From positions 50,914 to 82,913 of the forward strand of contig NZ_WHNX01000015.1 in the NCBI RefSeq assembly GCF_009362815.1: a DNA stretch of 32,000 nucleotides, given 5' to 3'. This document shows positions 1 through 8,055 of this stretch, piece by piece (positions within the stretch are counted from its first letter, which is position 1; the number at the start of each line of letters is the position of its first letter). The stretch is from Alkalibaculum sporogenes (GTDB lineage Bacteria > Bacillota > Clostridia > Eubacteriales > Alkalibacteraceae). The position numbers were made by a program, and so were the translations under genes. The notes below the pieces were generated by a model. It was given only the letters and a program-made list of their open reading frames with translations, was not told where the DNA came from and did not search any database.

Positions 1-416
1 TGGCTATGGGATTCACAGGGAAAAAGGCAATGAGATTTAAAGAATCATACATTAACGCATTTAACCAAATGGCTAACTTTATCTACTCCTTACATACTGC
101 CAAATTAGAACACCCTGCCTTTACCCAAGCGATTATGGAGGCACACGAAGAACCTAAGCATTACCACTTTAGCAATGAAGCTGACATGATCAATAGAATT
201 GTGCTAGGAATGTCCGCAAGTAAGTACAGAAAAGAAAACAATATTCCAAAAGGCAAAAGTATAAGACCGCATCTGAATGGTGAACAAATTAAAGCTATAG
301 AGACATTGCAAAGAGCAGATATAGGGTTAATACTTGCAATTCCAGAGTTTGAACAAAGAAAGAAAGTGCTTATAAGGTATTTTGATAAGGTGAGTGTTAT
401 ACGAATCCCTGCGTAA
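1..416 (+). CDS. Rha-family phage regulatory/antirepressor protein, 5'-truncated by the window edge
   Basis: ORF is open to nt 3. It starts with GFTGKKAMRFKESYINAFNQM, which I recognise as the conserved end of the Phage_pRha domain, followed by a C-terminal extension. Confidence 0.7.
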   Translation, partial: AMGFTGKKAMRFKESYINAFNQMANFIYSLHTAKLEHPAFTQAIMEAHEEPKHYHFSNEADMINRIVLGMSASKYRKENNIPKGKSIRPHLNGEQIKAIETLQRADIGLILAIPEFEQRKKVLIRYFDKVSVIRIPA

Positions 417-432
417 GAAAGGAGATCTATCA

Positions 433-618
433 ATGAAACAACTATTATCTGTATCAGAGACCGCAAAAGTTTTTGGTATCAGTAGGAACAGATTGTATGA
501 GTTAGTGCACAGCGATCCTACTCTCCCAGCATTACAAATTGGAGTATATAAAAAAATCAATACGGTCCTGTTTGCAGAGTGGTTAAATCAAGCAACAAGA
601 GAAGGTAGAAAACTATAA
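433..618 (+). CDS. Small excisionase/MerR-type helix-turn-helix DNA-binding protein
   Basis: 61 aa. SD AAAGGAG lies upstream of ATG 433; the track start at 394 lies inside the previous gene. LSVSETAKVFGISRNRLYELV is a classic HTH_17/Xis-like motif. Confidence 0.65.
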   Translation: MKQLLSVSETAKVFGISRNRLYELVHSDPTLPALQIGVYKKINTVLFAEWLNQATREGRKL

Positions 619-631
619 GGAGGAAAAACAA

Positions 632-1402
632 ATGAGTAAAGATTTACAAGTAACCGAATTTAACGAAATTAGAATTTTAACGACGCAACAATTATCAGAA
701 AGTTATGTAACATCTACAGACACAATTACAAAGAATTTTAATCGTAATAAAGAAAGGTATCAAGAAGGTAAACATTATATTGCTTTAGAAGGCGAAGAAA
801 AGAACACTTTCATCAACCAGGGACAATTTGACCGAGGTTTAAAAAATTCTAAAACTCTCTATCTCTGGACAGAAAAAGGAGCATTCCTCCATGCAAAATC
901 ATTAAATACTGATAAAGCGTGGGAAGTATACGACGAGTTAGTAGAAACTTATTTCAGAGGAAAAAAACTTGTAAGTGACTTAAACAATCTCAGTCCCCAA
1001 TTACAGCTACTTATCAATATTGAACTTAAGCAAAAACAGCAAGACACTTTAATTGCAGAAAATAAACAAGAAATTCAAAATATGCGTGACGTGATTACAT
1101 TGAGTCCTGCAAGTTGGAGGAAAGATACAACCGCATTAATCAATAAAATTGCAATGTCTATTGGCGGTTTTGACCACATCAAGGATGTAAGAGAAGAAAG
1201 TTACAAACTGCTAAATGAACGTTTTGGCGTAGACATAAAAACTAGATTAACTAACAAAAGGCGTAGAATGGCCGACGAGGGTGTTTGTAAGTCAAAGAGA
1301 GACAAGCTTACTCTACTTGATGTAATAGCCGATGATAAGAAGTTAATTGAGGGGTACATCGCCATAGTAAAAGAGATGTCAATTAAAAATAATGTAGCAT
1401 AG
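632..1402 (+). CDS. ORF6N/KilA-N-type antirepressor-like protein
   Basis: SD AAGGAGG. N-terminal IRILTTQQLSESY...NFNRNKERYQEGKHYIALEGEE...LWTEKGAFLHAKSLNTDKAWEVYDELVETYF matches the ORF6N domain pattern. Confidence 0.75.
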   Translation: MSKDLQVTEFNEIRILTTQQLSESYVTSTDTITKNFNRNKERYQEGKHYIALEGEEKNTFINQGQFDRGLKNSKTLYLWTEKGAFLHAKSLNTDKAWEVYDELVETYFRGKKLVSDLNNLSPQLQLLINIELKQKQQDTLIAENKQEIQNMRDVITLSPASWRKDTTALINKIAMSIGGFDHIKDVREESYKLLNERFGVDIKTRLTNKRRRMADEGVCKSKRDKLTLLDVIADDKKLIEGYIAIVKEMSIKNNVA

Positions 1403-1412
1403 GAGGGAAAAC

Positions 1413-1580
1413 ATGATTCATTTTAGGACAAGTACTAATCAAATAGGTATTGTTCTGACACATCGCACGAAAGAAGAAACAAAAATTAATCTTGCAATAC
1501 AACTTGATCTACAACCAGAGGACGTAACAATCATTTCTAGACGGGAATACAATAAACTCGTAAAAGAAGTGACGTCATGA
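1413..1580 (+). CDS. Hypothetical small early protein (55 aa), below the ORF-track length cut-off
   Basis: Strong SD AGGAGGG 5 nt upstream of ATG 1413. Its stop overlaps the next start (ATGA). Confidence 0.55.
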   Translation: MIHFRTSTNQIGIVLTHRTKEETKINLAIQLDLQPEDVTIISRREYNKLVKEVTS

Positions 1581-1747
1581 AAGCTAAAAACAAAGACAAG
1601 CTCCTTAAACATTTAACTGCTGATCAAAAACGTGTATTAAGATTTTATCGTTTAGACCCTCGACACTTCAAAGCTATAGAGCAAGGGGCGCGGTACATAA
1701 GATTTAAGAATATTCAAAACGGTATGGTTAGAGACATTGAATACTAA
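1577..1747 (+). CDS. Hypothetical small basic early protein (56 aa)
   Basis: ATGA translational coupling to the preceding sORF. It fills otherwise non-coding space in a densely packed operon. Confidence 0.5.
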   Translation: MKAKNKDKLLKHLTADQKRVLRFYRLDPRHFKAIEQGARYIRFKNIQNGMVRDIEY

Positions 1748-1762
1748 AAAGGAGGAATAGTA

Positions 1763-1966
1763 ATGGCTGATATCTACACAAACACACCAAATAATCAAAA
1801 GAAGTTTGAAGAGTTTTGGGACGAGCCCCAACCGTTAGAGCCACCGCTTAGTTGCGACCAGATGGTTAGGCGAATATTAAAAGAACTTGATACTTTTAAT
1901 CCGGATGATACATTCTCACTGGTTTTAGTAAAGGAGATGTTAATGGAATGTTTAAGAGGCTGCTGA
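1763..1966 (+). CDS. Hypothetical small acidic early protein (67 aa)
   Basis: SD AAAGGAGGA 7 nt upstream of ATG. No family recognised. Confidence 0.7.
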   Translation: MADIYTNTPNNQKKFEEFWDEPQPLEPPLSCDQMVRRILKELDTFNPDDTFSLVLVKEMLMECLRGC

Positions 1967-2000
1967 TGAAAATTTTATTAGGTGGAGGGATGAAGTACAT

Positions 2001-2180
2001 ATGAGCATTAATGATCTGGATTTAACTAATGAAGAACAATTAGAAATTATTAGAGACATGAAAACATCTTACCAAAGACTTTGCGCATTAGATGAAGATA
2101 TCGCCCAGGATATCGAAGATGCTTTAGACCGGGCAGAACAATATTACGAAGAACAAGTTGAGTGTGGACCATCAAATTAA
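2001..2180 (+). CDS. Hypothetical strongly acidic small protein (59 aa; 17 D/E vs 4 K/R)
   Basis: ORF MSINDLDLTNEEQLEIIRDM...YYEEQVECGPSN. GGTGGAGGG lies about 12 nt upstream. Below the track cut-off. Confidence 0.5.
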   Translation: MSINDLDLTNEEQLEIIRDMKTSYQRLCALDEDIAQDIEDALDRAEQYYEEQVECGPSN

Positions 2181-2195
2181 GAAGGAGTGAAGATA

Positions 2196-2348
2196 TTGAA
2201 ACACGGTAAAAAATTAACTCTAAAGGAAAAAGAATTACTTAAGGAGAAAGGGTATGATCCAGCTAAATTTTTAAGAATTAAACGAACAACTGAAAAACTC
2301 GAGTTTTTAAATATTGACACTAAACAGATTTTACCTGTGAGGTGCTGA
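2196..2348 (+). CDS. Hypothetical small basic protein (50 aa)
   Basis: TTG start 8 nt after GAAGGAG. KHGKKLTLKEKELLKEKGYDPAKFL resembles a family of tiny Firmicutes phage proteins, but this is recollection only and unverified. Confidence 0.45.
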   Translation: MKHGKKLTLKEKELLKEKGYDPAKFLRIKRTTEKLEFLNIDTKQILPVRC

Positions 2349-2351
2349 CAG

Positions 2352-2453
2352 ATGGATTCAATATTTATCTTAGTAGTAATCGTACTAATGGGATCTCTAG
2401 TAAATGATTGGTACCAGGAGGAGATAGATAATGCAAGCAGTACACGAAAATGA
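2352..2453 (+). CDS. Possible 33-aa membrane peptide
   Basis: GAGGTG lies 7 nt upstream of ATG. The hydrophobic core SIFILVVIVLMGSLV could span a membrane. The ORF overlaps the start of the next gene. Confidence 0.3.
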   Translation: MDSIFILVVIVLMGSLVNDWYQEEIDNASSTRK

Positions 2454-2733
2454 TTTGAACTTTGCAGCCTTTGCATTGGCTATATTTAAGCCACTTACTC
2501 CTGAACAGGCATTTGAATCCTTAGAATCTGGAAAAGTATATAACTATGTTTCCCTTTCAGATGATGATTTTGAGGAAATATTAAAAATGAGATCACAAGG
2601 AGAAAAATGGAAAGATATTAATTCTATGTATGGAGTCAGCAATGAATCATCAATGCTCCATAGGATTAAAAGATATAAAGAAAAAAAGTCCAGTCAGTTG
2701 GAGCTGAACAGGACCACTAAAAATATCACTTAA
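2431..2733 (+). CDS. Hypothetical protein with a possible C-terminal HTH
   Basis: Strong SD CAGGAGGAG 8 nt upstream. EEILKMRSQGEKWKDINSMYGVSNESSMLHRIKRY looks like a resolvase/sigma-4-type HTH. Confidence 0.7.
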   Translation: MQAVHENDLNFAAFALAIFKPLTPEQAFESLESGKVYNYVSLSDDDFEEILKMRSQGEKWKDINSMYGVSNESSMLHRIKRYKEKKSSQLELNRTTKNIT

Positions 2734-2771
2734 TAGTATTATACCACAAAATAAAAGGAGGTACCTAAAAA

Positions 2772-3110
2772 ATGAAACTAAGTGAAATTGCTAAAGGAGC
2801 ACTAGAAGAACAATTTGAAGTAGAATTTCAAAGTCTGCTTGAAAATATCGCAGATCTTAACACAGAACCGAAAGCCGCAAGGAAGATAACGATCACGTTG
2901 ACAGTAAAACCAGCCGAAAGTCGAAACATTGCTGATATAACCTTTCAGACAAAAGCATCACTCGTTCCAAGCAAATCAATAAGTACAAATGTATATATCG
3001 ACAAGGACAAATCAGGAAAAATAATTGTAGGCGAGCTTGGCGGTCAAATACGTGGACAAGTATCAGTTGAAGAAGTTAATAATTTAAGAAAAATTGAAGG
3101 AGGAAAATAA
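2772..3110 (+). CDS. Conserved-looking hypothetical phage protein (112 aa)
   Basis: SD AAAGGAGGT. Sits tightly against the next gene, whose start is 1 nt after this stop. Function unknown. Confidence 0.8.
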   Translation: MKLSEIAKGALEEQFEVEFQSLLENIADLNTEPKAARKITITLTVKPAESRNIADITFQTKASLVPSKSISTNVYIDKDKSGKIIVGELGGQIRGQVSVEEVNNLRKIEGGK

Positions 3111-3111
3111 A

Positions 3112-3828
3112 ATGATTAAAGAAGCTATTAAGTACATAGTAGATCTAGGAAAAACGGAAATATTTGATATTGGAGATTTCAAATTTACTAATGATCAACT
3201 AAAGGTAATCTGTGATCCCCAAGCGGATTCATTAAGCATTAATACCCTTAACGGAGTTGTAGATTATGTTAATAACCAGGTAGACAATGAAAGCATAGTA
3301 ACACGAATAGTAATTAATGTGCTGTCTTATAAAGAGGTTCATGTAATGTCGGAACTATTTGGAGCACAACAAAGGGAAACATACCTAAAAGCTATTCCCT
3401 GTAATCCTAATATAATATTAGACAAATTTATGGACATAGAATCTTTCAACATTCAACTGCAGTCCGGATTTGTAACCACCCCATTCATCGAAACTATATT
3501 AAAGGTAACAGGAAATATTACAGATTCACAAGTAACTAATTTTAGCGATGATGGTGTTTCTCAATCAGTTACAGCTAAAGCAGGTATTGCAAGAGTAGGA
3601 GAAGTAGTCGTACCAAATCCAGTAATACTTAGACCTTATAGAACCTTCCCGGAAATCGAACAACCTGAAAGCCCTTTTATCCTTCGTATGGCCGATGGTC
3701 CAAGAGCCGCACTCTTTTGTGCCGATGGTGGAGCATGGAAATTGCAAGCTATTAGAAGTATAAAAGAATATTTATCTGAGAAACTCGAGAAAGAAATAGC
3801 AGCTGAAGAAGTAATTATCATCGCATAA
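3112..3828 (+). CDS. Hypothetical phage protein (238 aa)
   Basis: ATG 3112 lies 8 nt after GAAGGAGG. The track start 3094 is a TTG inside that SD. Function unknown. Confidence 0.8.
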   Translation: MIKEAIKYIVDLGKTEIFDIGDFKFTNDQLKVICDPQADSLSINTLNGVVDYVNNQVDNESIVTRIVINVLSYKEVHVMSELFGAQQRETYLKAIPCNPNIILDKFMDIESFNIQLQSGFVTTPFIETILKVTGNITDSQVTNFSDDGVSQSVTAKAGIARVGEVVVPNPVILRPYRTFPEIEQPESPFILRMADGPRAALFCADGGAWKLQAIRSIKEYLSEKLEKEIAAEEVIIIA

Positions 3829-3906
3829 ATATAAAAAAGGCTCCTGCTCTAACAGGGGCCGAATACTAAAATACTTACGTAAATTATAACACAAGGAGGC
3901 GGCGTT

Positions 3907-4065
3907 GTGAATACAGAAACAATTGTTAAGCGTAATATAGGAGAATTTTTAGAATACAGAGAAAAAAACAAGCAGTTAGTACAAGAAATTGAAGACAATA
4001 AGGCATCTATGCGCGATCTCGCACGTCAGATTGTAGAATTAAAGGAGGAACCAACATGCAAATAA
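3907..4065 (+). CDS. Hypothetical small coiled-coil protein (52 aa)
   Basis: GTG lies 7 nt after AAGGAGG. The ORF overlaps the ATPase gene start by 10 nt. Below the track cut-off. Confidence 0.45.
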   Translation: MNTETIVKRNIGEFLEYREKNKQLVQEIEDNKASMRDLARQIVELKEEPTCK

Positions 4066-5990
4066 AATTATTAGAACTTAGCCTAAGTAATTTTAAGGGG
4101 TTAAAAGACTTTAGACTAAAGTGCAATGGCAATGATATAGAAGTCCATGGAGACAATGCCACGGGTAAAACAACAATTTACGATGGGTTCCTATGGCTTA
4201 TGTTTGACAAGGACAGTGAGGGTAAAAAAGACTTTGAAATCAAGACTCTTGATATTAATAACAATCCTATCCATAAGTTAGAACACACGGTAGAAACCAA
4301 ACTAGAAATAGATGGTACAGTGACAAGTTTTAAAAAAGTCTACAAGGAAAATTGGGTTAAAAAGCGTGGATCATTGGAACCAGAGCTCACTGGACACACT
4401 ACAGATTATTGGATTGATGATGTGCCTACCAAGAAAAAAGACTATGACGCTTACATAAATAACACTATAGATGAAACCACATTTAAGTTACTAACTGATG
4501 TTAGATACTTTACCGAAAAAATCAATTGGAAAGACCGCAGAACTATCCTTACAAGTATTGCGTCAGATTATATGGTTCCAGTAGAGGTACCTCCAACATT
4601 ATTACAACTAATCGGAAATAAATCCTTAGAAGATTTTAAGAAGATCATTGCAGAGAAGAAGAAAAAGCTTAATAAAGAAAAAGAAGCAATCCCGATTAGG
4701 ATTGATGAACTAAATAAAAACCTTCCTGACATCCAGGGAATAGATTTTGAAGGATTAAAAAAATATATAAAGACCGCAGAAAATGCCTTAGAGAATCTAA
4801 ATAACGAAGGTAGACAGATTATTGAACACAACAATAAACTCTTTGATTTTAAGTCCCAACTGAGACAGAAAGAATCGTTTAAGCGAGAACTAGAAGAGCA
4901 GTTGAGCGAAGATGCTAATAAGGAGTATGAACAAGCTTTAAAGGATAAAACAGATACTACGAACGATTTAGATAGACAAAAAAACCTTTTAGCTATACAC
5001 AAAACATCACTTGTAGAAGATAAGAAAAGCTATGAATCTCTTCATAAAAGAGTTTTGGCTCTTAGAGAAGAATGGAACAGTGTTAATGTAAAACAATTTG
5101 AAGTTAATGTTGATGGTAACTGCCCTACTTGTAATCAAAAGCTACCTGGAGAGGAAATTGAAAAGCTTGTAGAGGATGCAAAAAATAAGTTCGATGATAG
5201 TAAAAAATCAGAATTAGAAGCTATTAGTTCAACTGGAAAATCTTTTGCAAATATGCTTGAAAAAACTAAATTATCAATAAACACTACTGAAAAAGATATA
5301 GAAAATGTTGAAAGGAATATTCAAGAATATGAATCCAAACTCAAAGATCTTGAGGATATTTTATCCCAAGATCAACAAACTGTTAATTTTGCAGACTCCA
5401 AAGCATGGACGACCCTAGAATCTGAAATCAACGACTTAAACATCCAAATAACTGACTTTAAAGAATTAGATAATAGTAGCTTAGACTCCAAGAAAAACAG
5501 CTTGAAACTAGAGATACAGTCCCACAACGAGACATTAAGCAAGCGAACTCAATTTGATATAGCTATGGATAGACAAAAGGAACTCTTAAAAGAAGAAAAG
5601 ACCCTTGCAAACAGTTTAAATGAGTTAGAGAATCAAGAATTTAAGATACAAGAATTCACTACAAATAAAATTAATGCTCTTGAATCCACGGTAAATGGAA
5701 TGTTCAATAATGTGAAATTCAAAATGTTTAAAGATCAAATGAATGAGGGTGTTAAAGAGGATTGTATAATCTTAATAAATGGAGTCCCATACCCCTCTGC
5801 AAACTACGCAGGACGCATCAATGCAGGACTGGACATTATAAACACACTATCAAAGGAATATGACATCATGGCACCAGTATTTGTGGATAATTCAGAAAGT
5901 GTTACAAACTTAATGGACTTAGAACAACAGATGATCAAGTTAATAGTAGATAAGAACTATAAAAAATTAACCATAATGGAGGAAATATAG
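4056..5990 (+). CDS. Rad50/SbcC-like AAA ATPase with long coiled coil and central CxxC zinc hook
   Basis: Walker A GDNATGKT (nt 4149-4172). About 400 aa of K/E/L/N-rich coiled coil is interrupted by CPTC (nt 5121-5132). C-terminal PVFVDNSES is Walker B/D-loop-like. Confidence 0.85.
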   Translation: MQIKLLELSLSNFKGLKDFRLKCNGNDIEVHGDNATGKTTIYDGFLWLMFDKDSEGKKDFEIKTLDINNNPIHKLEHTVETKLEIDGTVTSFKKVYKENWVKKRGSLEPELTGHTTDYWIDDVPTKKKDYDAYINNTIDETTFKLLTDVRYFTEKINWKDRRTILTSIASDYMVPVEVPPTLLQLIGNKSLEDFKKIIAEKKKKLNKEKEAIPIRIDELNKNLPDIQGIDFEGLKKYIKTAENALENLNNEGRQIIEHNNKLFDFKSQLRQKESFKRELEEQLSEDANKEYEQALKDKTDTTNDLDRQKNLLAIHKTSLVEDKKSYESLHKRVLALREEWNSVNVKQFEVNVDGNCPTCNQKLPGEEIEKLVEDAKNKFDDSKKSELEAISSTGKSFANMLEKTKLSINTTEKDIENVERNIQEYESKLKDLEDILSQDQQTVNFADSKAWTTLESEINDLNIQITDFKELDNSSLDSKKNSLKLEIQSHNETLSKRTQFDIAMDRQKELLKEEKTLANSLNELENQEFKIQEFTTNKINALESTVNGMFNNVKFKMFKDQMNEGVKEDCIILINGVPYPSANYAGRINAGLDIINTLSKEYDIMAPVFVDNSESVTNLMDLEQQMIKLIVDKNYKKLTIMEEI

Positions 5991-6995
5991 ATGAGTAATG
6001 AAATAACAACACAAAATCAAACGCCAGTAACACAAAGTGAGAGGTTTACAAATAAAGTACTAACAGAGTTCGGAAGCGCTGCAGGACAAATTGAAGTTAG
6101 TAATTATCAAAAACAACTCATCCAAGGTTATTTTATATCCATAGATCGAGCTTTAAAAATTGCCGAAGAAAACAGGATTAGAAAGAATTCAAATAATAAA
6201 GACCATAAATATGATAACAACCTCCCTACCACTTGGGAAAATGTCAATCTCAATGATTTGGCTCTTGATGTAGTCCATAATGCAAGACTAGGACTAGATA
6301 TGATGCAGCCTAATCATATAAGCGCAATCCCTTTTAGAAATAAAAAAACAAATAAATATGACATTGCCTTGATGATGGGTTATGTCGGGAAACAGTACAT
6401 TGCTGAGAAGTACGCTCTTAATAAGCCAATAGCAGTTACAACTGAGTTAGTTTATGATACAGATTCATTCAAACCCTTTAAAAAATCAAGAGAAAATCAA
6501 GTTGAAAGTTACGAATTTGAGATAGTGAATGCCTTTGACAGAGGCAAAGTAGTTGGTGGATTTGGATATCTAGAATTTGAGGACCCTAAGCAAAATAAAC
6601 TCATCATCATGACTATGAAAGATATTGAAAAAAGAAAACCTAAATTTGCAGCTGCTGAATTTTGGGGTGGTACGAAAAAAGAGTGGGTTAATGGTAAGCA
6701 ACAAGAAGTTGAAACAGATGGATGGTTTGAAGAAATGTGTTTAAAGACTATCAAACGTGAAGTTTACAGCACTAAGCATATTACCTTAGATCCTAAAAAG
6801 ATTGATGATGATTACCAAAGGATGAAAAAGAGAGAAACGCAACTCAATAGTCCCGAGGTTCAATATGACCTCCTAGATGAAGAGATAGAAAAACACCAAG
6901 CTACCGTGCTTATAGATGTTGATGTAGAGACTGGTGAGGTTAGTGGACCAATAGAGATGGATAATCCAGAAGTCACAAATGGTCCAGACTTTTAA
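5991..6995 (+). CDS. recT: RecT-family single-strand annealing recombinase
   Basis: Starts 1 nt after the ATPase stop. QKQLIQGYFISIDRAL and MMGYVGKQYIAEKY are typical RecT family blocks. Acidic C-terminal tail. Confidence 0.8.
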   Translation: MSNEITTQNQTPVTQSERFTNKVLTEFGSAAGQIEVSNYQKQLIQGYFISIDRALKIAEENRIRKNSNNKDHKYDNNLPTTWENVNLNDLALDVVHNARLGLDMMQPNHISAIPFRNKKTNKYDIALMMGYVGKQYIAEKYALNKPIAVTTELVYDTDSFKPFKKSRENQVESYEFEIVNAFDRGKVVGGFGYLEFEDPKQNKLIIMTMKDIEKRKPKFAAAEFWGGTKKEWVNGKQQEVETDGWFEEMCLKTIKREVYSTKHITLDPKKIDDDYQRMKKRETQLNSPEVQYDLLDEEIEKHQATVLIDVDVETGEVSGPIEMDNPEVTNGPDF

Positions 6996-7050
6996 GTATT
7001 GCAGATTCTGAATATTATGCGTAATAACAATTTTGAGAGGGGATTAAATA

Positions 7051-7248
7051 ATGAGAGTTAAATTTGGAAGTAGCATTTATTTATGCACATCCGTTTCGCA
7101 TATTAAAGAAAGTAAACTATTATTATGTACCACTTCTAATGGTGTGTACACTGTAGAGATGCTCACTTGCGAACAAGCGGACAAGGCATATGGCGATTTA
7201 TTGATAAATGGTTATTGTGATGCTTCAGGCTGTAAATACTGTAATTAA
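7051..7248 (+). CDS. Hypothetical small Cys-containing protein (65 aa)
   Basis: SD GAGAGGGG upstream of ATG. Six Cys including a C-terminal CDASGCKYC. Confidence 0.6.
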   Translation: MRVKFGSSIYLCTSVSHIKESKLLLCTTSNGVYTVEMLTCEQADKAYGDLLINGYCDASGCKYCN

Positions 7249-7301
7249 GTATAAACATTTATTTAATGTGTAATCCAAACAAAGTACGCAACAAATAAGA
7301 G

Positions 7302-8039
7302 GTGATAAAAATTAAACTAAAAGTATTAGCGAGTGGGTCAAGCGGAAACGCTTACCTCCTCACTTCCTCCGGGAGGTCTATACTGCTCGAGTGCGGTATA
7401 AGATTTGAAGAAATAAAAAAGAAACTCAACTTTAATTTTGATAATATTCTAGGCTGTTTACTAACTCATGAACATATGGACCATGCAAAGTCTGTAACAA
7501 ACGTACTCGCGCATGGCATCGACTGTTACATGAGCCAAGGAACCGCTGATGCCCTACAACTAAATCACCACAGATTACATATAGCAAACGAACAATTTAC
7601 ACTAGATAATTTTACAATAATGCCTTTTAAGGTAGAGCATGACGTAAAAGAACCATTAGGATTTCTGATCTATGACAATATTACTAAGGAAAAATTAGTC
7701 TTTGCAACAGATACTCCCTACCTCATATATAGATTTAATAACGTTAACTACTACATGATTGAGTGCAACTACGATAGGGATAAATTAGAAGAAAACATAG
7801 AGACAGGCGTAATTAATCACTCAATGAGAAACAGGCTCTTAAACTCCCATTTTGAGATTAACAGCTTGATTGAATATTTTAGGTTTACAGATTTAAAGAG
7901 CTGTAGGAAGATCGTTTTGATTCATCTTTCTAGTAATAATTCTAGTGATGATTTTCAAGCTAGGATACAAAATGCAACAGGAATCGATACAGAAATTGCA
8001 TGGAATCAAAATATTGAATTAAGGTTATATCCTTTTTAA
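7302..8039 (+). CDS. MBL-fold metallo-hydrolase (candidate nuclease partner of RecT)
   Basis: HEHMDH (HxHxDH) at nt 7467-7484 and an N-terminal LASGSSGNAY beta-lactamase-fold start. The exact start is uncertain because GTG 7302 abuts the SD. Confidence 0.8.
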   Translation: MIKIKLKVLASGSSGNAYLLTSSGRSILLECGIRFEEIKKKLNFNFDNILGCLLTHEHMDHAKSVTNVLAHGIDCYMSQGTADALQLNHHRLHIANEQFTLDNFTIMPFKVEHDVKEPLGFLIYDNITKEKLVFATDTPYLIYRFNNVNYYMIECNYDRDKLEENIETGVINHSMRNRLLNSHFEINSLIEYFRFTDLKSCRKIVLIHLSSNNSSDDFQARIQNATGIDTEIAWNQNIELRLYPF

Positions 8040-8055
8040 GGGTAGGTGGTAAGGA

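Noticed and set aside
3838-3861. Hairpin GGCTCCTG-CTCTAA-CAGGGGCC after the 238-aa gene as a terminator
   Set aside because: There is no T-run on the + strand. The A-run is on the 5' side, so it would only be terminator-like for the gene-free minus strand. I left it uncalled. It may be a stabilising or processing stem.
4568-5002. 144-aa minus-strand ORF, together with the other minus-strand ORFs in the track (e.g. 161-560, 2177-2476, 12292-12975, 16775-17121, 17726-17969, 18626-19207, 26219-26512, 27842-28129, 29434-29649)
   Set aside because: All are embedded antisense in well-supported + strand genes. They have biased low-complexity composition typical of shadow ORFs in AT-rich, K/E-rich coding sequence. 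None has a recognisable SD or motif.
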